Below, one piece after another: positions 47,210 through 54,387 of a stretch of DNA of 57,005 nucleotides (the first letter of the stretch is position 1; every line of letters starts with the position of its first letter). The stretch is from an uncultured virus (IMG/VR IMGVR_UViG_3300042452_000440). Its lineage: Duplodnaviria; Heunggongvirae; Uroviricota; Caudoviricetes. The notes beneath the pieces are model-generated. The model had not been told where the DNA came from. It saw only the letters and a list, made by a program, of their open reading frames with translations, and did not search any database. A program made the translations under genes and the position numbers. Location of the stretch: IMG/VR virus record IMGVR_UViG_3300042452_000440. One strand, given 5' to 3'.

Positions 47210-47282
47210 TGTCCGTGAGAGGATTCGAACCTCCAACAAATAGATCCTTAGTCTATTGCCTCTTCCATTGGGCTACACGGAC
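47210..47282 (-). tRNA. tRNA-Leu(AAG), short variable arm
   Basis: ATAGA-CTAAGGA-TCTAT; G37, A73. Confidence 0.82.
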
Positions 47283-47285
47283 TGG

Positions 47286-47356
47286 TTGAGAAACTAGGAC
47301 TCGAACCTAGATAAACTCCTTCAAAGGGAGGTGTCCTGCCATTAGACGATTTCTCA
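47286..47356 (-). tRNA. tRNA-Gln(TTG)
   Basis: CTCC-CTTTGAA-GGAG; U1-A72; encoded CCA. Confidence 0.88.
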
Positions 47357-47361
47357 ATAGG

Positions 47362-47437
47362 AGTTCAGGGTGGGATTTGAACCCACGGTGAAAGAAGTTT
47401 TGCAGACTTCTGCATTCGACCACTCTGCCACCTGAAC
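47362..47437 (-). tRNA. tRNA-Cys(GCA)
   Basis: GAAGT-CTGCAAA-ACTTC; U73. Confidence 0.92.
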
Positions 47438-47439
47438 GG

Positions 47440-47511
47440 GGTGACGTATGGGAATCGAACCCATCTACCCAGATTCACAATCTGGTTCCTTATCCGCTAG
47501 GATAACGTCAC
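47440..47511 (-). tRNA. tRNA-His(GTG)
   Basis: CCAGA-TTGTGAA-TCTGG; C73. Confidence 0.9.
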
Positions 47512-47512
47512 A

Positions 47513-47586
47513 TAGCAGTAGGTGGATTTGAACCACCGTCCATAGGAATATGAGTCCCGTACTCTACCAGACTGAGCTATACTGCT
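47513..47586 (-). tRNA. tRNA-Met(CAT)
   Basis: GGGA-CTCATAT-TCCT; initiator vs elongator not resolved. Confidence 0.85.
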
Positions 47587-47590
47587 GAGG

Positions 47591-47673
47591 CGGAAGATGT
47601 TGGATTCGAACCAACGGAGGTTTTACCCTCACGGTTTAGCAAACCGCTGCATTAACCACTCTGCCAATCTTCC
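47591..47673 (-). tRNA. tRNA-Ser(GCT)
   Basis: Type II; GCGGT-TTGCTAA-ACCGT. Confidence 0.93.
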
Positions 47674-47787
47674 ATAAAGAAGGATAGTCAGTCCTCCTAC
47701 CTTTATTCTCCTTGTCGAAATACTTGTCTCTACGGATTGACTAGATCCTAAAACTTTCTTCCTCAGATGGATTAAGGTTCACCAGAG

Positions 47788-47859
47788 TGGAACCGACAAG
47801 ATTTGAACTTGTGACCGCTCGGTTATCAGCCGAGTGCTCTACCACTGAGCTACGGTTCC
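47788..47859 (-). tRNA. tRNA-Ile(GAT)
   Basis: CTCGG-CTGATAA-CCGAG. Confidence 0.95.
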
Positions 47860-47971
47860 AAAACTGGGTGAAAGGTCATTTGCTCTTTGCCCTTTCCATT
47901 CCACATTCAGAAGATTGCGTTTGCAACCACTTTCTTCCTATACCCAGTAAGTTTGAGAGTAAAACTCTCAA

Positions 47972-48045
47972 TGGGAACAATCGGATTTGAACCGATAACA
48001 CCTTGATCTTCAATCAAGTGCTCTACCAATTGGAGCTATGTTCCC
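47972..48045 (-). tRNA. tRNA-Phe(GAA)
   Basis: CTTGA-TTGAAGA-TCAAG. Confidence 0.93.
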
Positions 48046-48048
48046 AAG

Positions 48049-48120
48049 TCCAGAAGGTTGGATTTGAACCAACGTCCTCACCGCCCCAAACGGTGCCGTC
48101 TACCGCTGACTTACTCCTGG
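48049..48120 (-). tRNA. tRNA-Pro(TGG), second copy
   Basis: CACCG-TTTGGGG-CGGTG. Confidence 0.9.
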
Positions 48121-48124
48121 ATGG

Positions 48125-48196
48125 TAGTCTCGAAGGGATTTGAACCCTCGTTTTTGCTGTGAAAGAGCAACGTCCTAACCATTAGACGACGAGACC
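48125..48196 (-). tRNA. tRNA-Glu(TTC)
   Basis: TTGCT-CTTTCAC-AGCAA; encoded CCA. Confidence 0.92.
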
Positions 48197-48392
48197 AGAT
48201 GGGAGGGGTATCCCACACGAAGTTACTTACGGATTACGCTTCGTAGCCTTATGAATCCTGCCATCATCCGATGGTGGTTAGAAATCCCTCCCCAATTCCA
48301 GTTCTTGCTACGTCATTCCTTACCTAACTGGCAACATTCAGGATGACGTGCTACAACCGCCAAGGAGGGACACTCCATCGGCAGCGTAGCAA

Positions 48393-48465
48393 CGACCCTA
48401 ACGGGATTCGAACCCGTGATACCACCGTGACAGGGTAGCGTGATAGACCACTTCACTATAGGGTC
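48393..48465 (-). tRNA. tRNA-Asp(GTC)
   Basis: CTACC-CTGTCAC-GGTGG. Confidence 0.93.
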
Positions 48466-48469
48466 AAGG

Positions 48470-48560
48470 TGGGAGAGGAGGGAATTGAACCCCCGATGGT
48501 TCCGATGTAACGGTTTTACAGACCGCAGCCACACATATTGCCAACAGTAGCCACTCTCCC
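48470..48560 (-). tRNA. tRNA-Tyr(GTA) with enlarged D-arm
   Basis: GCGGT-CTGTAAA-ACCGT; long variable arm. Confidence 0.85.
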
Positions 48561-48563
48561 AAA

Positions 48564-48636
48564 TGGGTCTGGTCGGACTCGAACCGACGACTTACAGGTT
48601 AAAAGCCCGCTACTCTACCAACTGAGTTACAGACCC
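48564..48636 (-). tRNA. tRNA-Lys(TTT), first gene of the array
   Basis: GCGGG-CTTTTAA-CCTGT. Confidence 0.93.
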
Positions 48637-48660
48637 ACATAATATAGGATAAATATTCAG

Positions 48661-48696
48661 TTGTCTAGGTTCTCGGTGAGGGGTGATCCCTCAACC
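48661..48696 (-). promoter_or_regulatory. Putative boxB-boxA (rrn-type) antitermination element
   Basis: TGAGGG-ATCAC-CCCTCA hairpin followed by GAACCTAGACAA, close to cyanobacterial rrn boxA GAACCTTGAAAA. Confidence 0.5.
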
Positions 48697-48704
48697 ACTT
48701 GATT

Positions 48705-48761
48705 AGAATACCACCGTTTGGTCTCTGGGGGGAGATTGGTGGACGCTTAGGAAACTGTCAC
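48705..48761 (-). promoter_or_regulatory. Putative early promoter of the tRNA array
   Basis: GTGACAGTT-TCCT-AAGCGTCCAC inverted-repeat motif and extended -10 TGGTATTCT. Confidence 0.45.
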
Positions 48762-48768
48762 AGGCAAC

Positions 48769-48803
48769 AAAAAAGGGGAGGAAACTTTTGGTTTCTCTCC
48801 CCT
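48769..48803 (-). terminator. Intrinsic terminator (attenuator) between the leader ORF and the tRNA array
   Basis: GGGGAG-A-GAAAC-CAAAA-GTTTC-CTCCCC-TTTTTT. Confidence 0.85.
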
Positions 48804-48829
48804 GTCTTTTTGCTTTTATGGATTACATC

Positions 48830-48931
48830 TTACATATGTCTATCCATATCCGCAAACAGGGGAGCACCCTCAATATGCCAATAGCGGCAATCGAGATTAC
48901 TAAACTGTTTTGTGGGCATCGGGAAAGACAT
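48830..48931 (-). CDS. 33-aa leader peptide of a putative tRNA-sensing attenuator
   Basis: MSFPMPTKQFSNLDCRYWHIEGAPLFADMDRHM*; residues 5-23 are 19 different amino acids; overlaps the antiterminator arm. Confidence 0.8.
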   Translation of the reverse strand: MSFPMPTKQFSNLDCRYWHIEGAPLFADMDRHM

Positions 48932-48952
48932 TGTTTTCGACCTAAGTATGTT

Positions 48953-48983
48953 TATTTATAAGACTTTTATTTTAAAAAGTCAA
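48953..48983 (-). promoter_or_regulatory. Composite promoter of the leader: TTGACT-N17-TATAAA overlapping T4 late TATAAATA
   Basis: -35 48978-48983; TATAAATA 48953-48960; 22 nt above the leader ATG. Confidence 0.75.
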
Positions 48984-49057
48984 CGGGTTAGGTAGGATTC
49001 GAACCTACGACTCACGCTTTAGAAGAGCGTTACTCTATTCCACTGAGTTACTAACCC
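48984..49057 (-). tRNA. tRNA-Arg(TCT)
   Basis: ACGCT-CTTCTAA-AGCGT. Confidence 0.93.
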
Positions 49058-49071
49058 CTGTGAACCCTCAT

Positions 49072-49100
49072 ATTATAAGGTATGAGGAGAACCTTGTCAA
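49072..49100 (-). promoter_or_regulatory. Consensus sigma70 promoter for tRNA-Arg(TCT)
   Basis: TTGACA (49095-49100)-N17-TATAAT (49072-49077). Confidence 0.85.
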
Positions 49101-49103
49101 CCC

Positions 49104-49697
49104 TCAACCAAGATAAACATTGAAAGAGATAGAAATTCTATCTTCCATACTTTCATTTGCTTCCACATAATGCCACAAATATCCTGGCATCAAATATAAA
49201 CGTCCTTGCTTTGGTTCAAGATTAAGTTCTAACAAGTCAGAACGTCCATCATACAAATTACAATATTGTGACCCATCATTTCTTAAAATCACAAAGTTAC
49301 CAGAGTCTTCTGGAACAGAAACATAATAAATGCCAATCAGATCTGCACGACCGTGAGAATGCATTACATTATAGTTATAAGACTTATTAACATTTACCCA
49401 AAAGGAAAGTTCTCCAACATCAGATCGTAAGTTCTTTGAGATAAGAGTATCTTGTGCGAATACTTTTGCAGCGCCAATCAAAGTAGTTAATTGATTAAAT
49501 TGCTCGTACTCAAATGACTTCTCAGTAGTAAAACTGGGAGAATGATATCCATTACGATTTGAATTATCAGTATTTTCAAAAAAATCTTTAACCTGATAAC
49601 ATTCTTGGTTTAATATCTCTAAATCAATATTTGGTGAACAAGAACTAATAAAACTTGGAAAAATATCAGCATTAAAAGTTTGATTATAAAGATTCAT
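49104..49697 (-). CDS. Putative 2OG-Fe(II) oxygenase (TIGR02466-like)
   Basis: WVNVN...YNVMHSH..GIYYVSVP..SG...P.YLWHYVE.N...RISISFN. Confidence 0.82.
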   Translation of the reverse strand: MNLYNQTFNADIFPSFISSCSPNIDLEILNQECYQVKDFFENTDNSNRNGYHSPSFTTEKSFEYEQFNQLTTLIGAAKVFAQDTLISKNLRSDVGELSFWVNVNKSYNYNVMHSHGRADLIGIYYVSVPEDSGNFVILRNDGSQYCNLYDGRSDLLELNLEPKQGRLYLMPGYLWHYVEANESMEDRISISFNVYLG

Positions 49698-50097
49698 TTG
49701 AGACACAATCTTCCACCCATACTGCACAAATTCTCATTTCACCGCCTAGTAGTTTTTGCGCTTCACTACCGTCTGGTTCTTTTTCAATATACTTTGGTTT
49801 ATATTTTTGATTTGCTTCTCCGATTATTCTATCATATTCGGGAGAAACTTGCTTAATCGCCCTATCAACGTCTCTTTCTACTCTACGATTTACTTTATCA
49901 GGATCTTGAATAAGAATCTCATTGAGAATAGTTTGTGGAAAATACTTTCTTTGAACCTCATCCAATAAGTCCCAAAGTTTATTTTCCGATACTCCTGTGC
50001 ATTGTGAGAGTGATGCAATGAGAGTGGATAATACAATACTCAGTATTATAAGTTGCTTTTTATCGGGTTTCTTTTTACCAAAGTTAAAATTAATCAT
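49684..50097 (-). CDS. Hypothetical membrane-anchored protein
   Basis: N-terminal TM segment; LWDLLDEVQR; CAVWVEDC end. Confidence 0.65.
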   Translation of the reverse strand: MINFNFGKKKPDKKQLIILSIVLSTLIASLSQCTGVSENKLWDLLDEVQRKYFPQTILNEILIQDPDKVNRRVERDVDRAIKQVSPEYDRIIGEANQKYKPKYIEKEPDGSEAQKLLGGEMRICAVWVEDCVSNESL

Positions 50098-50135
50098 AGG
50101 GGAGTTAAACACTCCCCCGTATTTATTCTATTGTA

Positions 50136-50777
50136 TCAAACTTCTACCGTGATCAGTCGGTTGGCATAGTCATGTGCATAAGATGTACGGGCACCATGAT
50201 GCCCCCAACCAATCCAACTATACGCATAGTCCATGTAACGATTGATAGACTTACCAGGAGTTTTCATTCGGTCTTCAATACGTTGCCATTGAACCTCAGT
50301 CGTTAGATAACGAAGTTGCGTTGGAAGTGATGATGGAGAACCACCATACTTCTTAGCAAAATCACCCAATCCATAATAACGATCGGCAGATGTCCATTGG
50401 ATCAGACCATAACCACGTCCGCAGTGATGGTACTGAGTCCTACTACCACCTTCACAAATATTAGGAACGAATGTTGATTCTTGTCTAATATTGCCCATAA
50501 TGGTAGCAAGGGCGTTTCTGTCTTTAATACCACGATCCTGGAAAAATGCCAGGGTAGCATTCTCATGTTCATTACACCCTTTACAAATTAGCCTTTTCTC
50601 TTTTGGCTTTTCGGGAGCAACCTCTTTGGTCGCTGTCTTTAATGTAGGCTCCTCTTGAATAATAGCAAATGGTGGAGGACCACTTACAGGTGGAGGAGGA
50701 AACACGCCAGGCAGTGTTGCCGTATTGGTTGTAACCGATGCCAGAAGGGGCAGGGCTACAGTAAAGATGTTTTGCAT
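50136..50777 (-). CDS. Phage tail-type lysozyme (Phage_lysozyme2-like) cell-wall hydrolase
   Basis: ALATIMGNIRQES.F, GYGLIQWT...R, QLRYL; start uncertain. Confidence 0.75.
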   Translation of the reverse strand: MQNIFTVALPLLASVTTNTATLPGVFPPPPVSGPPPFAIIQEEPTLKTATKEVAPEKPKEKRLICKGCNEHENATLAFFQDRGIKDRNALATIMGNIRQESTFVPNICEGGSRTQYHHCGRGYGLIQWTSADRYYGLGDFAKKYGGSPSSLPTQLRYLTTEVQWQRIEDRMKTPGKSINRYMDYAYSWIGWGHHGARTSYAHDYANRLITVEV

Positions 50778-50988
50778 TAAAATTAATTGAACTCTACATC
50801 CGTATAGAAGGGGGGTACACCACCTCTCTCGAAGGGCACCTTCCACGGCTCTAATGTCACATCACAGACTCATGATGTAATCCCTGTTAGGGGATTTTCC
50901 ATATTAAGTTTTTATTTAGGATTTGTCAAGTATTCCACTTCTAAAAATGGTTACGCTAAATACTTGTAGTGTTTATTACTCAAGAAAA

Positions 50989-51453
50989 ATGAAGAAAGTT
51001 CTTTTAGTCCTTTCTACATTATTCTTAGTTAATCCTGCTGGTGCTGCTGAAATTACATCAAAAATTACTGATTCCGTTCAACTTGGTGTTCAGGGTGCAG
51101 CGATTCAAACTGAAAGAGTAGGGGCTTCCTATTCCGTTTCAGGTACAAATATTGACGTTACTACTCTTGGTGGAGTTGGTGGCGCAGGTTCATATGGCAT
51201 TGATACAAACGGTCAAGCATTTACTTTCTCAGAAACTCAACGTGCTGCTGATACAGCAGTCACCACTCAGTCGGTCTCTGGTGGAGCTATTGCTTCTCCC
51301 AACCTTTATGGGAATTCTACTACTCAGTTAGCAGGAGATAAAGGTTCTCTTGCAGGTTCTCTAAGTGGAACTGGCGTTCCTAGCGTAACTGCTGGTGGTC
51401 CTGGTACAACTGCAACAGCACAACGTACAATTGAACTGAGCGTATTCAAATGA
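50989..51453 (+). CDS. Secreted hypothetical protein
   Basis: Signal peptide MKKVLLVLSTLFLVNPAGA; late-like GCTAAATA upstream. Confidence 0.7.
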   Translation: MKKVLLVLSTLFLVNPAGAAEITSKITDSVQLGVQGAAIQTERVGASYSVSGTNIDVTTLGGVGGAGSYGIDTNGQAFTFSETQRAADTAVTTQSVSGGAIASPNLYGNSTTQLAGDKGSLAGSLSGTGVPSVTAGGPGTTATAQRTIELSVFK

Positions 51454-51815
51454 GACTTATAACTCCCGCGTTGCTTTTAGCAGCGGGAGTCATTTGTACT
51501 CCTGCATATGCTGAAAGTGTTGTACCTAATTTTACCAGAGGAACAATCACAGCAGAAACTAAAACTCGCACAGAAATCGTTGAAACGATTAAACAAATAG
51601 AATATACCACTGGGACATCTTATACAGTCACAGGCACGAATATCAATATTCCTGGTACTCCTGCTCCTGGTGCTAATTATAGCGTTATGACTCAAGGTGC
51701 TCCGTTCCAGTTCAGTGAAACCACACTTGGGCCTGGGGTGGCTAAGGAAACATGGATAGAAAGAACCACTACACAAGATTCAACAACAAACTCAGTATCG
51801 GTCTTTACACAATAG
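51450..51815 (+). CDS. Secreted hypothetical protein
   Basis: Signal peptide; VVPNFTRG...GAPFQFSET...SVSVFTQ. Confidence 0.7.
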   Translation: MRLITPALLLAAGVICTPAYAESVVPNFTRGTITAETKTRTEIVETIKQIEYTTGTSYTVTGTNINIPGTPAPGANYSVMTQGAPFQFSETTLGPGVAKETWIERTTTQDSTTNSVSVFTQ

Positions 51816-52366
51816 CAACCGTATTATTATTAACGCTTGCAGGTTCGAGTAGAAGTAAAGCACAACAAGCTCCATCTAATACAAATATAGCAGGACCTTC
51901 TGCGTCTGCTACTGGTAATGTCACAAACCAGGCAGTTCAGGTATTACAAGGTCCTTATGCCATGAATACTTTTGGTAGTGGAGTTAGTTGTCAAGGACCA
52001 ACAATGAGTCTCTCTCCTTTTGTTTTAGGAAGTCTAAATGGTGGAGGAGACCCAACACAATACCAATCTCATAGTGGAAATGCTGGTTTCTCAATGGGTT
52101 TTAACTTTCCTCTTGATGGAAGTCTTACTGAGATCTGTAAAGCAAGAGCAAAGGTAGAGATATCTAGACAACAAGCAGAAGCAGATAAGGCAAGACTTGA
52201 TTTTGAACTTGTAAGATTATTAAAGTGCGGTGAAGCGATTAAAAATGGAATTAGTTTCCATCCAGAAAGTCCCTATTTTAAAATTTGTGCTGATGTTGTT
52301 GTGAAGTATCCACGAGTACAGGATGTCGTCAATGGAAATACAACCAATCAAATCAGTAAAAATTGA
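51752..52366 (+). CDS. Secreted/membrane hypothetical protein
   Basis: GNVTNQAVQ, SCQGPT, RLDFELVRLLKCG motifs; start uncertain. Confidence 0.65.
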   Translation: MDRKNHYTRFNNKLSIGLYTIATVLLLTLAGSSRSKAQQAPSNTNIAGPSASATGNVTNQAVQVLQGPYAMNTFGSGVSCQGPTMSLSPFVLGSLNGGGDPTQYQSHSGNAGFSMGFNFPLDGSLTEICKARAKVEISRQQAEADKARLDFELVRLLKCGEAIKNGISFHPESPYFKICADVVVKYPRVQDVVNGNTTNQISKN

Positions 52367-53147
52367 TTCTCCACGAATCATACCTACAATAGAACCTCCT
52401 GTTACCCAAACTACACAACAACCACTTATTCGTGGATTGGAAGTACCAGTTATTAATATTACAAATCCAGCAATAAATTATCCTGTTATTAATGTCCCAA
52501 CACAAGAAGAATTTGATGCTGCTGTAAAAGCAGAAAAACAAAAACAGGAACCAGAGCAACAAGAAAAGAGTAGAGGTCTTCCAGATCCTACTCCCCCTCC
52601 CGAACTTCCTCAAGTTGCTCAAACCCCTCCCACTCAAACACCCATTGCTGAAATACCAGCAGATAAACCAACAACACCATCTTTTAGTGTTTATGGAGTC
52701 AATGTTAATCTACCTGACCCTTCTCTTGTTGCTACGGCTGGTGCTGTCGCAGTAGTTACTACCGCTGCTACTATGGCATCGACGGCTGTTTTAAATGTAG
52801 TTAAAAATGCTGCGGAACCAATAATAAGAGAAGCGACAAAGAATAAGTTTAAAATTAAAATCAAACAAGTCAAACCTGTTTTACATTATGTTATGTCTGA
52901 AGGGGGTCATGTTGATATATTTGAATACTCATCAGAAGGAACTCGTTTGGTGGCACAGACAGATAACGTAGAACAGTATCTTCGTGACCAAGTAGATACT
53001 AATTCTCTCTATGAAATTGAGAACAAAGTTATCATCGACGATGTGATGAAAGATAAATTCACAAAAGAGGGGCAAGAGAGATTTAAAGGTCTCTATGCCC
53101 CACCAAAAAAGATTGCTAAAAAATTATCAGCAAGATTATCCTTTTAA
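52323..53147 (+). CDS. Pro-rich membrane hypothetical protein
   Basis: Pro-rich N-terminal half; TAGAVAVVTTAATMAS hydrophobic segment. Confidence 0.65.
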   Translation: MSSMEIQPIKSVKIDSPRIIPTIEPPVTQTTQQPLIRGLEVPVINITNPAINYPVINVPTQEEFDAAVKAEKQKQEPEQQEKSRGLPDPTPPPELPQVAQTPPTQTPIAEIPADKPTTPSFSVYGVNVNLPDPSLVATAGAVAVVTTAATMASTAVLNVVKNAAEPIIREATKNKFKIKIKQVKPVLHYVMSEGGHVDIFEYSSEGTRLVAQTDNVEQYLRDQVDTNSLYEIENKVIIDDVMKDKFTKEGQERFKGLYAPPKKIAKKLSARLSF

Positions 53148-53342
53148 TTTATTTTTTAACTTAAAAGCAGCGTCACCAAGAAAAGAACCAACAGCAAGAG
53201 TAAGAACCTTAGCATAAGCATCACGACTCGTACTTTCAAGTTCCACTTGCCCCTCTGTACGAATAGCAACAGATTCAACAGCAGAAATCATACAAGCACT
53301 CCAAATAATAAGAAATAATCTAACAATATTAAAGTAAATCAC
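53136..53342 (-). CDS. Small membrane protein
   Basis: 68 aa, two hydrophobic segments; coupled to the nuclease gene. Confidence 0.5.
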   Translation of the reverse strand: MIYFNIVRLFLIIWSACMISAVESVAIRTEGQVELESTSRDAYAKVLTLAVGSFLGDAAFKLKNKLKG

Positions 53343-53752
53343 TTCTTACGCTTTGCGTCTAGTTCAGCAAAGTTCTTGACCTTTGTACCACCATCATAAT
53401 TCCAAGCATAACCTTCGGCAATCATCTGGTTATTCAGTGATGTTGATTCATCATTGATAAACAGATGACCGATAATTCTTCCATACTTCTCAGTAGAGTC
53501 AGGAAGTTCGGTCTTGATCAGAATGTTTTTAGCACCTTCGCAACGATGCTTTAACCATTCCTTTGATTCAAGTCCATATTTCTTTTCATTCGTGTCTGCT
53601 GTGCGTGATTCAGGAGTATCAACCCCAGCAAGGCGAATCCGTTTAGTAAGAGATATATCGAACCCCAAATCAATATCAGCGTCAATAGTGTCCCCATCGA
53701 CTACTTTATGGATTTCTCGAATACGATATATGTATGGATCTTGGTTTGACAT
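53339..53752 (-). CDS. Thermonuclease (SNase-like)
   Basis: VVDGDTID..IDLGF...RIRLAGVDTPESRT, EKYGR. Confidence 0.88.
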   Translation of the reverse strand: MSNQDPYIYRIREIHKVVDGDTIDADIDLGFDISLTKRIRLAGVDTPESRTADTNEKKYGLESKEWLKHRCEGAKNILIKTELPDSTEKYGRIIGHLFINDESTSLNNQMIAEGYAWNYDGGTKVKNFAELDAKRKK

Positions 53753-53964
53753 CAGAAAGGAAACTTAATACTCCCAGTATTTAGTTTTGGAATTGGTAAT
53801 TTCTCAAAAGCCTTATTGACCTGTTTCTCTACAACAGCACCAACAAATTCTTCGGGATTATTAAGAATCTTCTGTGCTTTCTGATAAGTGATATAAGCAC
53901 CCACGCCAATAGCAGCACTAATGCTTAGACTTGTGATCGATAGAATTAGACTCAGATGTTTCAT
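53752..53964 (-). CDS. Small membrane-anchored protein
   Basis: N-terminal TM segment, 70 aa. Confidence 0.6.
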   Translation of the reverse strand: MKHLSLILSITSLSISAAIGVGAYITYQKAQKILNNPEEFVGAVVEKQVNKAFEKLPIPKLNTGSIKFPF

Positions 53965-54069
53965 CTTTCATCTCCTCAGATGCTAACTTTAATATGTAGT
54001 AAATGATGTATGCGGTAAAAGTAAGTCCACAAGACAAGATTATCACAACACCATAAGGAAACTGATCCA

Positions 54070-54261
54070 TTATCTCCCCTCTTCTTTATGTATCCAAACT
54101 TTCAAATCTTTTACATATTTTCTTAATATTTCTGCTTGTGATAAATGCCAATCATCTCCTGTTTTGACATATGCCTTGACGTGCTCATCAACAGCGTCAA
54201 GGCATTTTTTAATTACAGGATTCCAAGGTTGCCGAATTGGAGTATTCCATTCACGTGGCAT
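54070..54261 (-). CDS. Small hypothetical protein
   Basis: MPREWNTPIRQPWN...LKVWIHKEE; GAGG RBS. Confidence 0.65.
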   Translation of the reverse strand: MPREWNTPIRQPWNPVIKKCLDAVDEHVKAYVKTGDDWHLSQAEILRKYVKDLKVWIHKEEGR

Positions 54262-54270
54262 AAAACCTCA

Positions 54271-54387
54271 TTATTTTTTCTTACCACCGTTCTTTGCTTT
54301 CTTAGCAGTAGCATTACCCTGATTCTGTTTGGAGTTCTTTTGACCTCCAGCAGAACCTTTCTTACCTTTGTTTGGTGACTTAGACAT
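54271..54387 (-). CDS. 38-aa Lys/Gly-rich basic peptide
   Basis: MSKSPNKGKKGSAGGQKNSKQNQGNATAKKAKNGGKKK; TAATG-coupled, GGAG RBS. Confidence 0.55.
   Translation of the reverse strand: MSKSPNKGKKGSAGGQKNSKQNQGNATAKKAKNGGKKK

Noticed and set aside
47286..47356. Possible opal suppressor or Sec tRNA
   Set aside because: The 7-nt loop CTTTGAA centres on TTG, so it is Gln; U1-A72 agrees
46437..48884. ORF-track ORFs across the tRNA array (e.g. 46513..46719, 47787..47990, 48313..48534, 48699..48884)
   Set aside because: They overlap clear tRNA genes or structured RNA and show no protein features
48769..48940. tmRNA interpretation of the leader region
   Set aside because: No Ala acceptor stem or T-arm; the peptide has its own ATG and lacks an Ala-rich degradation-tag C-terminus
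16631..50846. Extended N-termini in the ORF track (e.g. 17146, 20721, 21684, 38953, 41217, 50846)
   Set aside because: The extensions run through terminators, promoters, tRNAs or upstream genes; downstream starts fit better
53918..54070. 50-aa TM ORF MDQFPYGVVIILSCG...
   Set aside because: Plausible and TAATG-coupled, but it overlaps the next gene by 47 nt and I have no independent support, so it is left unannotated
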